Source: Octopus sinensis (taxonomy: Eukaryota). Taken from it: a stretch of DNA of 64,000 nucleotides. This document shows positions 24,640 through 38,039 of this stretch, in pieces. Where the stretch lies: positions 7,378,001 through 7,442,000 of the forward strand of contig NC_043005.1 in assembly GCF_006345805.1 (NCBI RefSeq), given 5' to 3'. The notes under the pieces were generated by a model that ran no database searches, was not told the DNA's origin, and saw only the letters and a program-made list of their open reading frames with translations. The position numbers and the translations under genes were made by a program. Positions within the stretch are counted from its first letter, which is position 1; each line of letters begins with the position of its first letter.

Positions 24640-26830
24640 CATAGATAGCTAAACAGGTTGTATCGGTGACTTGGCTGTATTCCACTCCGTCAAATATTTT
24701 AAGCATCTCAACAGTAATTCCTGATTGACCAGGAGTGTAATGGGTTCAGTGATAATTAGTAATGGTAACGAGCTAGTGAAAACTTCGATGGACAATAAGA
24801 TATGCACCAAATTGAATTGACAGGAGGAAAAAGTAACTTCTTGCAAGTTTTATTTATCCATCACAATTCGTCTCCGGCTGTTTTCTTGTGGTAATGAATG
24901 ATAATAACAGCCAGACTCACACAACTTTTAAGGTAAGGTTTGTGTCAGATGTAGGTACTAGAAGAAAGCAGACATGCAAGGGTGAAAAACGAAGAGTCCA
25001 AAAATACTGAGAGAGGGTTCAAATTTGTACATGTTAGAGAGCTGAAAGTAGATCGGGAGAATAAAGAAAATGAGTAAGCTTGCGTGAACTAAAGTTGAGG
25101 AAATGGATAACGTCTATCTATGTTGACAGTTGACTCGTAAATTTTCAAGTGCATTTTGACAGAACAAAGGAAAGAAGCTAGCAAATACACTTAGGTTCCA
25201 GTTTCTGTTTGAGAACCCTGAAACTAACCGTGTCATGGCCTTTCTCACTCTTCATACCCTTAACTGCCTTATCTACCATACTGTCAAATAGGATAGCTGG
25301 ATTCTCTGTTGAGCTCATGTTGGGAAGGCCCTCTTTCTCCCAGGCATTTTTTACGTTTACTAGCACTTCCATTTCAGGTAAAAACATATCATTGTCCATC
25401 CGCTCACACTTCTCACATCTTAGTATTCTATGATACGCTGTCTCGCAATCTGAAACATTTCACACTGTAAAACATTATCAAATCTCCTTTCCACTTCTCT
25501 CTTTGCTATGTAAACCATAACTCCTGATGTCTCTTGCCACCTGATATATTTCTCCATCCCCATTCTTCCAATCCTTCGAGATTTATCTTTTTGCTTTTAC
25601 AATTCCGTCTACCTCACTATTCCACCACCACATTACCTTTGGTCTAGCCAAGATCTTGCTCCAGCCACAGATTTGGTCTGTAGTTCTTTGCAGGTTGCTC
25701 TGTAGCAGGGGTCAGGGAACTTTTAACCAACTATCCCAAAATATATCTATTTATGCTGACGTTATCCCCATGATTTGAAAGGAAGAAAATCAGATTCTTT
25801 GAATTCAAAAGATTTATTGAGTCTATTTATATGGACAATACAATTATAAATATGAAAAGTATAAAACAAATGTGATATAATAAATTAATATCCACATTAT
25901 GAAACAAGGATCTTTCTATAAACTTTTTCATTTCAGATTTTGGAGAAATGAATTTTCATTTTTGTTACAATTACATCAAAAATTGGGACATTTTGATGCC
26001 AGAGCAATTTGGATACAGTCTTCAAGGTCCAATCAATATCTCTGCTTCATTTTTATAGTGGAAAATTCTTGTTCACAAAGGTAGGTTGTTACAAAAGGCA
26101 ACAATCTTTGATTGCCTCCTCATGCAATTTTGAAAGCCTTGGCAGCAGTTGACATCCAAAAAGTTTGTTTTCAAATTCAATACATGCTTCATTATTGGAT
26201 TGAAATTCAAGTGTCTCTGCTAACCCTTGAAGCTTTTCTGGCACATCAGCAATTTCACATTTAAAGGGACCTACACCCCAACTGACAGTATATAAATCAA
26301 GATCTGGAAAGTAATCAGAGAAACTCTCTTTAAAATCCTTGGTGTCGTCAAAAGTAATATTTTCACAATCTTCCAAATATAAATGCAGTGTTGCTAGAAA
26401 AAAATGTCTGTTCTAATAAGGAACACGTTTTTTTTATATAATTTTACTTATGTCTAATGAGTCTGTATTACCCCCAAGAATTTCATTTTTATCCCACTTG
26501 GGGTAATTTACCCTGGTTCACTGATCTCTGCCCCATAGGACCTTTCAGTTGTCTATTCAATGTCTTTAACTTCTCCATTTTATCAAAAGCTTCAATTAGG
26601 TCTCTAAATCTGTTTGTTGGGGCTTTTAGTTTCCACATTCTTCTCTCCTGAATTAACTTGTTTACCCAAGTCCCAACTCTAAGTCTGAAGTCGCAAACCA
26701 CTAACCTATGCTGGATAGTACATTCTTTGCCTGGGAAAGGTTTTGTGTTTACAAGCATGCTTATCCTGTTTTCTGGTGAGAATGTTGTCAATCTAGCTAT
26801 TGTGCCCTCCAGATTTGCAGGTGATCAAGA
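24640..26830 (-). mobile_element. Degenerate RTE (end of EN to start of RT) interrupted by a hAT remnant
   Basis: Minus-strand remnants ECTIQHRLVVCDFRLR, EKEGLP and PGQSGITVEMLK. Confidence 0.75.
25706..26530 (-). mobile_element. Internally deleted hAT (Charlie/GTF2IRD2-like) with a dimerisation-domain remnant
   Basis: TIRs caggggtcagggaac / gttcactgatctctg; decayed 8-bp flanks ctctgtag / ccccatag; TYLCEQEFS-like remnant on the minus strand. Confidence 0.7.
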
Positions 26831-27418
26831 GACTAGCTGGTTTCCTAGTCACTGTTGCAGAGCATCAAATCAGTTACATCACAGAACTCTATTAGCCTTG
26901 CCCACTCAAAATTTCTGAAGCCATAAAATCCATTTTAAACATCAAAATATTCAATTCTAATTAAATTAAAATGAAATTGACATAATTCCTTTAATCTTTA
27001 TTTCTAAAATTTTTCAAAGATTGTCCTATCAGTTTCTTTTAATGTAGAAGCTACAGTTTCACATGATTTATAAGCATCCAATTTTCTTTAACAGTTCATC
27101 ATATGCTGGCATGGGATGGATTCACTAGGTAGTTTATAATCAACATCTGCCATTTCATTTAAGGCCATAGTTGATGTTCAAAATTTGTCCTAGTGCTTCT
27201 AAGCTTAAATTACTCATTTGGTTTCATACAATTCATGTGGCTAAATATTCTCTCCACATCAGCATATGCATGTGGTAAAATGAGAAGTGTCAAAGCTAAT
27301 GTAGACACATTTTCCTTGAAGTTCACAATACTCGAATATAAGCATTATGGACTTGAAGGAAAATGTGTAAACTTTCTGAAGGGGAGCTTGGATGAAGATT
27401 TGGCTATGACAGTTCCAC

Positions 27419-27688
27419 ATCATCATCATCATTTAGCGTCTGCTTTCCATGCTAGCATGGGTTGGACGGTTCAACTGGGGTCTGTGAAGCCAGAAGGCTG
27501 CATCAGGCCCAGTCTGATCTGGCAGTGTTTCTACGGCTGGATACCCTTCCTAACGCCAACCACTCCGTAAGTGTAGTGGGTGCTTTTTACGTGCCACCCG
27601 CACAGGTGCCAGATGGAGCAGGCAAAAGGCCACGAACGGATGGTGCTTTTACGTGCCACCGGCACGGGGGCCAGGCGAGGCTGGCAAC
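27419..27688 (-). mobile_element. RTE 3' end
   Basis: (CAT)n followed by the family body. Confidence 0.88.
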
Positions 27689-27890
27689 ATTCTGGATTTA
27701 TCTTTCACACACGTCAATAACAGACAAGAATTTCAACAGTTCAGTTATTCCATTCTATAAATAATACAATGCTTTATTTACAGCTTACTTGAAGCCATAT
27801 TATTTATTCTAGATATCATAAATAACAAAATAAAATTAAAGTTATTTCTACTGATTTTCTATAGAAATTGTAGCCAGCACTGATTATAGA

Positions 27891-28204
27891 GGCGTGGCAC
27901 TCCGTCGGTTACAGCGAGGGTTCCAGTTGATCCGATCAATGGAACAGCCTGCTCGTGAAATTAATGTGCAAGTGGCTGAGTACTTCACAGACACATGTAC
28001 CCTTAACGTAGTTCTCAGGGAGATTCAGTGTGACAAGGTTGGCCCTTTGAAATACAGGTACAACAGAAACAGGAAGAAAGAGTGAGAGAGTAAAGCAGGG
28101 TTCGCCACCACGCCCCGCTGGAGCCCCATGGAGCTTTAGGTGTTTTCTCTCAATAAACACTCACAACGCCCGGTCTGGGAATTGAAACCTCGAGTCCGCT
28201 GCCC
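27891..28204 (-). mobile_element. tRNA-derived SINE family D, copy 1 (5'-truncated)
   Basis: Same body as 28260-28618 and 60817-61150. Confidence 0.8.
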
Positions 28205-28259
28205 TTGTAAAGATAAATTTAACAAGTGGTTTAATAGCACTGGTAATACAGTAGGGGAG

Positions 28260-28618
28260 GAAGCACTCCGTCGGTTACAACGATGAGGGTTCCGGTTGAT
28301 CCGAATCAATGGAACAGCCTGCTCGTGAAATTAACGTGTAAGTGGCTGAGCACTCCACAGACACGTGCACCCTTAACGTAGTTCTCGGGGATATTCAGCG
28401 TGACACAGAGAGTGACAAGGCCGGCCCCTTGAAATACAGGTACAACAGAAACAGGAAGTAAGAGTGAGAGAAAGTCATGGTGAGAGAGTAAAGCAGGGTT
28501 CGCCACCACGCCCCGTGGAGCTTTAGGTGTTTTCTCTCAATAAACACTCACAATGCCCGGTCTGGGAATTGAAACCTCGAGTCCGCTGCCCTAACCACTG
28601 GGCCATTACACCTCCACA
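28260..28618 (-). mobile_element. SINE-D, copy 2
   Basis: The minus-strand head gtggaggtgtaatggcccagtggttagggcagcggactcg is tRNA A-box-like. Confidence 0.85.
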
Positions 28619-28819
28619 ACTGATTATAGAAAATCTGTAAAGATAAATTTAACAAGTGGTTTAATAGCATTGCTAATACAGTAGAACACCTACTTTGTAG
28701 TATATATTTTGGTTGCATAATGAAATAGTATTCCTACAGTAATTATAAGAACAAAATATCATAAATGTAGGTTTTTATTATTATTAAAATTGCATATGAG
28801 TGAATGACAGCAACATAAA

Positions 28820-29476
28820 GGAATGCTGATCTCAAAATGTGGAGAGAACCTATGGAAGAAGGAAACCCAAGAAAACATGGGACAAAGTGGTGACACACGA
28901 TCTTCAGGTGTTGAACCTCACAGTGGAGATGACAAAGGACTGAGACAATTGGCGATTTGCTGTGCTTGAGAAGATATGCCCATCTAAGTAAAACCAGACC
29001 ATAAAAAAAACTATACCCTTTATGTCTATGCTCTACACAACCCATCTTCCTAACACCCTTTGCTCCACCTATTGGATCCTCCCTCACTCCATATGTTCTC
29101 AGTGGCACGTGAAAAGCACCATCCGAACGTGGCCGATGCCAGCGCCACCTTGACTGGCTTCTGTGCCAGTGACACGTAAAAAGCACCAACCAATTGTGGC
29201 CATTTGCCAACCTCCTCTGGTCACTTTGCCGGTGGCACATAAAAAGCACCAACCGATTGTGGCCATTGCCAGCCTCCTCTGGCACCTGCGCGGGTGGCAC
29301 GTAAAAAGCACCCACTACACTCACAGAGTGGTTGGCATTAGGAAGAGCATCCAGCTGTAGAAACACTGCCAGATCAGACTGGACCTGGTGCAGCCTCCTG
29401 GCTTCCCAGACCCCAGTCGAACTGTCCAAACTATGCTAGCATGGAAAACGGACATATGATGATGATGATGATGATG
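28820..29476 (+). mobile_element. RTE 3' fragment with the end of the ORF plus the 3'UTR
   Basis: ORF-end remnant (ggaaacccaagaaaacatgggacaaagtggtg...) upstream of the tandem-repeat UTR and (GAT)n tail. Confidence 0.85.
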
Positions 29477-29761
29477 AATCTCTTCTCCACAACATATCCT
29501 CTAAATACCACTTCTCCCAACTCATATTCCCCAACCTCCATCGCAATCTCATGAATTCATTTACCCTCTCCAATCTCTGGTCCACTTCACTATATATACA
29601 CCTTCATGTAACCTCAGTGAGTGGCTCCTGCCTGCCAATCCCCATCATCATCTCTCTCCACCTGAGGTAGCCAGGTAGTTAAAGTTATATAGCATTGGTT
29701 CCATGTGTGATTTTCTGTCTCATTATACATCAAGACTGGAATAAGCATTGGCTTCAGTAAA

Positions 29762-31045
29762 TTAGCTTTCTGCATGATTAAGTATATGAGTATTTAAATG
29801 ACCTTTTTTAAGGAATGATGTACCACAAATATCACAGTGATATGGCTTTTCTCCTGTATGAATAAATTTATGTCTAGTTAAGCCCCCATTCAATGAAAAT
29901 GATTTTCCACATATATCACAAGGATAGGGCTTCTCTCCTGTATGAATACGTTTATGTCTAATCAAATCACTACTTCTAGAGAATGATTTACCACATATGT
30001 TACAATGATATGGTCTCTCTCCCGTATGAATCCGCTTGTGAGTAATTAAATCACTACTTGCAGAGCATAATTTACCACATATATTACAATGATATGGCTT
30101 CTCTCCTGTATGAATACGCTTGTGAGTTATCAAGGTACTTCCTTGAGAGAATGCCTTGCCACAGATATCACACTGATATGACTTCACTCCGGTATGAATG
30201 CGTTTGTGTTTAGTTAAGTCACCATTTCTAGAGAATGATTTACCACAGTTATCACAATGATATGGGCTTTCTCCTGTATGAATACGCTTATGCGTAGTCA
30301 AGTTGCTTGTTTGTGAGAATGATTTACCACAGATATCACAGTCATACGGTTTCTCTCCTGTATGAGTACGTTTGTGGAAAGTTAAGGTATTTATATGAGA
30401 GAATGATTTACCACACAATTCACAATGATATGGTTTCTCTCCTGTATGAATGCGCTTGTGATGAATTAAGGAATTTCCCTGAGAGAATGCCTTGCCACAG
30501 ATATCACAATGATATGGTTTCTCCCCTGTATGAATGCGTTTGTGCTTAGTTAAGTGATCATTTCGAGTGAATGATTTACCGCAGATATCACAAGGATAGG
30601 GCTTCTCTCCTGTATGAATACGTTTGTGTTTTGTTGAGTTACTACTTGCAGAGAATGATTTACCACAGATTTCACAGTGGTACGGGTTCTCTCCTGTATG
30701 AATATGTTTGTGATTTGTTAAACTACTTCTTGCAGAGAATGTTTTACCACAAATATCACAGTGATACGGTTTTTCTCCAGTGTGTAAACGTTTGTGATTA
30801 GTTAAGTGGTCACTTTGAGGAAATGCTTTACCACAGATATCACACTGATATGGTCTCTCTCCTGTATGAATCCGCTTATGAGTTGTTAAGTTGCCACTTG
30901 AAGCAAATGATTTACCACAGATATCACAGTAATATGGCTTCTCTCCAGTATGAATACGTTTGTGAGAGGTTAGGTGACATTTTCGAGAGAATGGTCTTTT
31001 ACAGATATCACAGGGAAATGATGTTTTCCTCATGTCTTTCAGCAT
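29762..31045 (-). CDS. Tandem C2H2 zinc-finger protein (ZNF-A), 427 aa, 15 fingers, no effector domain
   Basis: Intact ORF with CxxC-12-HxxxH repeats every 28 aa and TGEKP linkers. Confidence 0.95.
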   Translation of the reverse strand: MLKDMRKTSFPCDICKRPFSRKCHLTSHKRIHTGEKPYYCDICGKSFASSGNLTTHKRIHTGERPYQCDICGKAFPQSDHLTNHKRLHTGEKPYHCDICGKTFSARSSLTNHKHIHTGENPYHCEICGKSFSASSNSTKHKRIHTGEKPYPCDICGKSFTRNDHLTKHKRIHTGEKPYHCDICGKAFSQGNSLIHHKRIHTGEKPYHCELCGKSFSHINTLTFHKRTHTGEKPYDCDICGKSFSQTSNLTTHKRIHTGESPYHCDNCGKSFSRNGDLTKHKRIHTGVKSYQCDICGKAFSQGSTLITHKRIHTGEKPYHCNICGKLCSASSDLITHKRIHTGERPYHCNICGKSFSRSSDLIRHKRIHTGEKPYPCDICGKSFSLNGGLTRHKFIHTGEKPYHCDICGTSFLKKGHLNTHILNHAES

Positions 31046-31421
31046 CTCATCAAGGAAACCCAGTTTTTTTACTGTAATTTACATTCAACCTTGTTTTCAC
31101 AAAATTAATTATAATTTTCCTTCTCTCAACATTATATGCATATTTTTCTTCTATTGTTCTTTATATTTTATTCCAAACAAATATTTTTGCTATATTTCCA
31201 TAAACTGTGATATATATCTCAAGATCTGAAGATGATGTAAATTCTTTATTAATCCAAGTTTAGCTAGAAGGCAAAATCATCTTATACACATATCAGACAG
31301 CGAAGTAGAATAATCTTAGTATTATTGTCACTCATATCCATTCTGTATAATATCTTCCTTTATTCCCTTTAAAAGTTATCTGATGGGAAGAAATTCTTCA
31401 ATACCAGTGTCATCTGATATT
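31046..31421 (-). other. ZNF-A 5' leader within the coding exon (acceptor AG at 31423-31422; uATG at 31413)
   Basis: tatttttctattattacag|AATATCAGATG; the same acceptor motif lies upstream of the other two ZNFs. Confidence 0.65.
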
Positions 31422-31754
31422 CTGTAATAATAGAAAAATAGTATAAGATATAGAAAAGTTTTCTGCAGTAGAGTTCAACAGGAGAAATTTTAGATTTCAA
31501 TATTAATAAACTGTAAATATAAACAGTTATTTGATAGTCAAATCACATTATACAACCTTGTGTGAAGTCAACATATTTACAGAATACAGCACCTTCAGGT
31601 TAATTAACATTATTTATATATATTAAAGTATAAGATAACCAGTAACATTCTTCTCTCTCCAGAAACACCCTTTATTGTTAAGGTTTTATTAAATACATGC
31701 AACTCCTTCCAAATGTGCTGAGTGCTACTTTCATTGGTTATTCTCACCCAAGTG

Positions 31755-32065
31755 AGTATGGAACAGACTCATGCTAAGAGTTGCTGAAGCATGGAACAGA
31801 CTCACGCTAAGAATTGCTGAAGCATGGAACAGACTGCCAGCATCAGTTGTTAGTTGTCGGAGCACTGCATCCTTCAAAACTTCCATGCTTCCTGAGATTC
31901 GCCAACACTACACCTGATTTTCTCCCCTCCATACACACGCAAGCATGTATCTGACTCATACACTGTTCGCTTTCCAGACATTTGTACATTACTGCATATG
32001 CTTTATACGCACTTTTGACAAGTTGTGGTGCACCTGAGCACTGTATACAATAATTTCATTATATT
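31755..32065 (+). mobile_element. Related CR1-like 3' end with a short internal duplication
   Basis: agagttgctgaagcatggaacagact occurs twice; gtggtgcacctgagcactgta tail. Confidence 0.7.
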
Positions 32066-32069
32066 TTTG

Positions 32070-32375
32070 TAATGGGAACCTGTGGAAGAGTTAAACCTGG
32101 AAGACATAGGACAATGAGGTGAAATATGATCTTCAGATGTTGAGTCTCATGGAGGCGATGACAAGTGACCAAGACTTTTGGTGATTAGTTGTGCTTGAGA
32201 AGAGACATCAAGCGAATTGAAATTGTAGTCATGACCAGTGCCACAACTGAAGGACACCCGTGCAAGTAACACGTAAAAGGCATCTGTGCTGGTGGTGCGT
32301 AAAAGATACCCAGCACACTCTGTGGAGTGGCTGGCATTAGGAAGGGCATACAGTCACAGAAACCATGTCACAGAT
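32070..32375 (+). mobile_element. Older RTE 3' fragment
   Basis: ORF-end remnant plus gtggttggcattaggaagggc-like tail body. Confidence 0.7.
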
Positions 32376-33799
32376 ATATCCATCACATTTTTTTTTCAGA
32401 CATAACGTACTTAGAACTATATTTATGATGTTCTATTTATTGTGGATTTTAATGGTGATCAAGTGATTCTTGAAACAGTATTTAAAGATCGAAAATATTT
32501 TATATGACATTCTAGTAACAATTCATATTATTATTTTACCTCATTAATTAAAAAATATGCTTACAAATGAAACAAAAAAATACTGTGTCAACACAAAATA
32601 ATCCCCTATAAATTGCGGCCAGAAATAACGAAATTGCAGTCCATAACAAAGTTTCTTAATCAAAGATAAGGTAAACTGAGATGATAGGTGAAAATCGAAA
32701 GATTACAATACTAACAGACAACACTTTCATAAGTGAATTGTTTCAGACGTTTTTTCGATTAGGCTGACATCCTACATCAGTGCAAATTAAGTTATACTGG
32801 TTGAATTTGACAAGGAAACAAAATTTAGCTTTGAAACCTTTATTTCGGTATTGGTCAACAATAAACATGAAAATCGTAAAATACGTATGATTTGGTTGAT
32901 GTTTAATTTTTTTAACTACTATGTTGAAATATATTCAGAGAAGTGGCTAATGCCTCTCCACCAACTTTGTTTCCTCATAACTTCCAGAAGAGTGAATATT
33001 TTTTTTTTATGAAATATTTTTTACAAATACGCTTTTGGAAGTTGTTGTGATTAATTTTATCAATTTTTTTTTTTTTTTCAGAATCATAATCTCCGTATTT
33101 CAACAAAAGGAAAAAAAAAAAATGAGAAATTGGGGTGACGTGGGGGGGGGGGGGGGTTAAAATTTTGAAATACCGATTTTTTTTTTGCAGATTCGGAAAT
33201 TCCGCAGTCGAAAGATTGGGTTTCTAAGGGGGAGATGTAAAAAACCGAAAGGGGGTGCGGTCCATGTTCCTTTACCTCCGCCCAAAAATTGAATATCATC
33301 TTAATGATGTCGAGTCAAAACGAAAGAATGCCTCGATGATTTCCTCTGTCGAAATATGGCAATTAAATCCGAATATTTGTTTACCAGCGATGATTCGAAA
33401 GATTGCCTGTTTATCTATGAAATTAAACCGGGACAACAAAACATTCACTTTTAAGGGTCACAATTTGGCTCTGGTTGACAATAAACTCATAAATCGTTAA
33501 ATGTTTAGGATCCCCTAGAAATAATCTTTTAATTCTTGTTGTGTTTTGGAAGGGTCAAAGTGGAATATATAATTAAAAAGGACACTGACATTGGTGAGCA
33601 GTGCATTCATATCCTCTACTGCACTTATATTATCAGTTTAATAATTGGAAGAATTTGAATTCCATCCATTTCTATGATTCCAATTATTGTTGGAAAATGG
33701 AGATTATAAGCGAACTGAACCAATGCAATTTTCTCTCACTTCTGTTGCCCTTATACGCACAATAATCGAAGGATTTGTAATTTAGTGATTAATACTTAC

Positions 33800-33902
33800 G
33801 GAAATATTTCGCTAACGACTCTCTTGATTCTTCTTCTTCTGTTTCTGCTGCTGGGAGAGGAGGCGCTCAAATGGAAACGGAAATTACTACTGCGCATGCG
33901 CA
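33800..33902 (-). promoter_or_regulatory. Candidate ZNF-A promoter and first exon: NRF1-type palindrome TGCGCATGCGCA (33891-33902), ETS-like CGGAA, GTAAGT donor at 33799
   Basis: Perfect 12-bp palindrome about 90 bp upstream of a consensus donor, oriented toward the 31421 acceptor. Confidence 0.6.
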
Positions 33903-33924
33903 CATAGATTACTATTACATTGCT

Positions 33925-35065
33925 GTCGGGCAAAATGTTTGATGGTTACGTTCTGAGTTCAAATTCCGCCGAGGTCGACTTTGCTTTTCATCCTTTCGGG
34001 GTCGATAAATTAAGTACCAGTTACGCACTGGGGTCGATGTAATCGTCTTAATACCTATGTCTGTCCATGTTTGTCCCCTCTGTGTTTAGCCCCTTGTGGG
34101 TAATAAAGAAATAGGTATTTTGTTCGTCTTTAAAGGCAGCGAGCTGGCAGAAACGTTAGCACGCCGGGCGAAATGCGTAGCAGTATTTGGTCTGCCGTTA
34201 CGTTCTGAGTTCAAATTCCGCCGAAGTCGACATTGCCTTTCACCCCTTCGGGGTCGATAAATTAAGTACCAGTTACGCACTGGGGTCGATGTAATCGACT
34301 TAATCCGTCTGTCTGTCCTCTCTGTGTTTAGCCCCTTGTGGGTAGTAAAGAAATAGGTATTTTGTTCGTCTTTACGTTCTGAGTTCAAATTCTGTCGTGG
34401 TCGACTTTAGCTTTCGTCTTTTTGAGGTCGATAAAATAAGTACCAGTTAAACACTGAGGTCGATGTAATTGACTTACTCCATCCAAAAAACTGCTGGCCT
34501 TGGACCAAAATTTGAAACTGTATTTGTTTTCATTGTAAGGCGTCGAGAACTGACAGAATGACGCCGGGAAAAATGTTTAGCAGCATTTCATCCATCTTTA
34601 TGTTCTGTGATCAAATTCCACCGAGATTGACTTGGCATCTAATCCTTTTATTTTCAATAAAATAGGTAACGTTTGCAGACTGGGGGTCGAAGAATTTGAT
34701 ATCCCTTCTCTGTGCAAGGCTGGCCTTATGCCAAAATTTCTCAAAGGCAGCTGGACAAAATGCCGCTAAGCATTTCGTCCGTTTTCACGTTCGGAGTTCA
34801 AATTCCGATTTTGTCTTTCATCCTTTCAGGGTCGATAAAATAAGTATCAATTGAACACTAGAGTCGAAGTAATCAACTTATTCCCTTCCCCAAATATTCT
34901 GACCTTGTGCCAAAATTTGAAATCAATATTTGACTGGCACTAAGGCAGTGAGCTGGCAGAATCATTAACACCCCAGACAGGAACAGGAATACTTAGCAGT
35001 ATTTCATCCGTCTTTACATTATAAATTCAAATTCCGCCAAAGTCAGCTTTACCTTTCGGAGTTGA
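33925..35065 (+). mobile_element. Head-to-tail / nested array of about six SINE-B copies
   Basis: The B-box block (ttctgagttcaaattc-like) recurs near 33950, 34205, 34380, 34605, 34795 and 35025. Confidence 0.85.
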
Positions 35066-35412
35066 TCATCATCATCATCATCATCGTTTAGCGTCCGTTT
35101 TCCATGCTAGCATGGGTTGGACAGTTCAACTGGGGTCTGTGAAGCCAGAAGGCTGCATCAGGCCCAGTCTGATCTGGCAGTGTTTCTACAGCTGGATGTC
35201 CTTCCTAACGCCAACCACTCCGAGAGTGTAGTGGGTGCTTTTTACGTTCCACCCGCACAGGTGCCAGACAGAGCTGGCAAACGGCCACGAACGGATGGTG
35301 CTTTTTATGTGCCACCGGCACGGTGCCAGGCGAGACTGGCAACGGACACGAACGGATGGTGCTTTTTACGTGCCACTGGCACGGGGGCCAGTCGGGGCGG
35401 CGCTGGCAACGG
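35066..35412 (-). mobile_element. RTE 3' end inserted into a SINE-B copy
   Basis: (CAT)n and family body; the SINE tail resumes near 35430. Confidence 0.88.
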
Positions 35413-35545
35413 TTGATGAAATCCATTTATCTCCTCCCCTAAACATACAGTCCTTGTGCCAAAAATTTTAAACCACTGTTTGGCTGGTACTTTATTTTAT
35501 TCACCCCAGAAGGATGAAAAGCAAACCACATTAAGATTTTAAAAT

Positions 35546-35955
35546 AGATCTTTTACTTGTTTCAGTCATTAGACTGCAGCCATGCTGGAGCACCACCTTG
35601 ATGAAATTTTAGTCAAACAATTCTACCCCAGTACTTTTTATAAGCTTGATACTTATTTTATCGAGGTCTTTTTGCCGAACTGCTCAGTTATGGGGACTTA
35701 AACTAGCATCAGTTGTCAGGCATTGGTGGGAGACCAAAAACAAACACTAAGGTATACACACACACACACACATTTACATACATATATACAATGGGCTTCT
35801 TTCAGTTTCCATCATCAAAACCCACTCACAAGGCTTTAGTTAACCAGATGCTATAGTAGAAGACACTTGCCCACAGAGCCATGCAATGGTACTGAACCCA
35901 GAACCATGTGGTTAGGAAGCAAGCTTCTTACCACACAGCCATGCCTGCACCTAGA
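35546..35955 (-). mobile_element. SINE-A, older copy
   Basis: Reverse complement of the family. Confidence 0.8.
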
Positions 35956-36457
35956 TGGTAACAGAATTCCACGTGCTATCTGGCAAGCTCATGTGTGGTT
36001 AATATTTAACCCCAAGTCAGCAATTAATTGGGTTGACCATTGATCGGAGGCATTGGCATAATGAACATCCTGACCTTTATCCAAACACTAAGATGGCACC
36101 AATATACTTTCACTCTATTGTGTTTTCTATAACACAGTTATACCTTATTAGAAATATAAATGGTGATTTCAATACACAGTGTAGTCTTTAAATTTTTGAC
36201 TTCAAATAAAGTTTTTGAAAGTGCATTAATCATAGGGTTGTATTTTGGTAAATCAGTTTTTCTTGTGATTCTCTTTCCTAGTAGTTTGTAAACTAAACAT
36301 GGAATTGGAAAGAAAAAAATATATCAAAAATAATATTTTAAAGGGAATCAATAATGACATGAAACAAGGGCCTAGATTCCAAATCATATAGGGGTAGTTA
36401 CCAGGATCAGGCCACATCATATCAAGCAACTTGCCCAAGATGCTAAACAATCATTAT

Positions 36458-37620
36458 AATCATCATCATTTAACGTCCATTGTCCATGCTGGTGTGGGTT
36501 GGACGGTTTGACCAGAGTTGACAAGACTGAGAGCTGTATCAGACTCCAGTCTGATTTGGCATGGTTTCTATGAATGGATGCCCTTCCTAATGCCAACCAC
36601 TTTACAGTGAGCTTGGTACTTTTATGTGGCACCAGCACAGGACTCTTGCAGGCCAATCCTCTTCACCAGGGGAATGTGGCCTTAACACTTCTGCTGTGGA
36701 GTGCGGGTCTTCTTGAGTACAGTAAGGCACCAGTTATCTCAGTCCTTTGTCATCTTGTTTGAAAGGTTCAGCATTCTGAGGTCTCCTTCAGTACTTTGTC
36801 CCATGTCTTCCTGGGTCTCCTTCTTCCACGTATCAGATAGAATTGCTATCAGTATACATGCATCATACAACCTTCCTTTCATAGCCAATAGAGGTCAAAG
36901 CTCTCTGAATTTCCTCCATCCTATTCTTATTCTAGCTATACACTCTCTGTGCATCATCTTCTACTACTAATTTGGTCCCCTAGGTAGCAGAGATTATCTA
37001 CTACCTCTAATAAGCCACCAGGGCATTTGAGAGAATCAATTTCGCAGGTATCTGTAGTTTTTATGGATCCTGTGCATCTTCTCCATACAAACACTGCTTT
37101 CTCTGATAACCTTCCTATTATTCCATTGCACCTCTTGTGTCCACAGCTTACAATGGATACACCATATGGAGTTTCTACCTACACCTTTCCTACAAATTGA
37201 GCAGAGCCACCTACCTGAAGTGGGTAGAGTTCTATTTGTTTTCTTGCTTACTAAGACCTTAGTCTTTGCTAAGTTATCCTTAGAGCCTTTAGATTCCAGG
37301 TTTTAGAATCTCTCTTCTAGCTCTGATACAGAATCAGTTATGAAGACAAGATCATCAGCCTATAGTAGTTCCCAGAGGCTGCTGGTCTTGATTCCTTTAT
37401 GGCCTGGAGGACAATGATGAAAAGGAGGGGACTGAGCCTTGGTGAACCCCTACCCGTACACCAAATTCTTCACTGTACTTGTGGTTAACTCTCACATTAC
37501 TGACAGTGTCTCTGTACCTGGCCTGTACAACTCTAACAAGCCACTCATTTATCCCTAGCTTCCTCAGTGACAACCATATCACAGTGGGGTACTCTGTCAA
37601 AGGTTTTTTCCAGATCAACA
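36458..37620 (-). mobile_element. Degenerate RTE fragments (3' end and RT region)
   Basis: Minus-strand ORF 37397-37621 with LRKLGINEWLVRVVQARY and GVHQGSV; family tail near 36460-36610. Confidence 0.8.
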
Positions 37621-37622
37621 AA

Positions 37623-38025
37623 GGCGCAGGAGTGGCTGTGTAGTAAGTAGCTTGCTAACCAGCCACATGGTTCCGGGTTCAGTCCCACTGCATGGCATCT
37701 TGGGCAAGTGTCTTCTGCTATAGCCCCGGGCCGACCAATGCCTTGTGAGTGGATTTGGTAGACGGAAACTGAAAGAAGCCTGTCGTATATATGTATATAT
37801 ATATATATGTGTGTATATGTGTTTGTGTGTCTGTGTTTGTCTCCCTAGCATTGCTTGACAACCGATGCTGGTGTGTTTACGTCCCCGTCACTTAGTGGTT
37901 CGGCAAAAGAGACCGATAGAATAAGTACTGGGCTTACAAAGAATAAGTCCCGGGGTGGATTTGCTCGACTAAAGGCGGTGCTCCAGCATGGCCGCAGTCA
38001 AATGACTGAAACAAGTAAAAGAGTA
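37623..38025 (+). mobile_element. SINE-A, full length
   Basis: Same head, body and tail. Confidence 0.9.
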
Positions 38026-38039
38026 AATGCCAAGTATAA

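Noticed and set aside
28743-29429. 228-aa minus-strand ORF (and similar MDGSTGVWEARR... ORFs elsewhere)
   Set aside because: Antisense reading of the RTE 3' end with a non-ATG start; it recurs in every copy and has no recognisable domain.
30307-31077. Plus-strand ORFs antisense to ZNF-A
   Set aside because: Shadow frames produced by the repetitive finger codon pattern.
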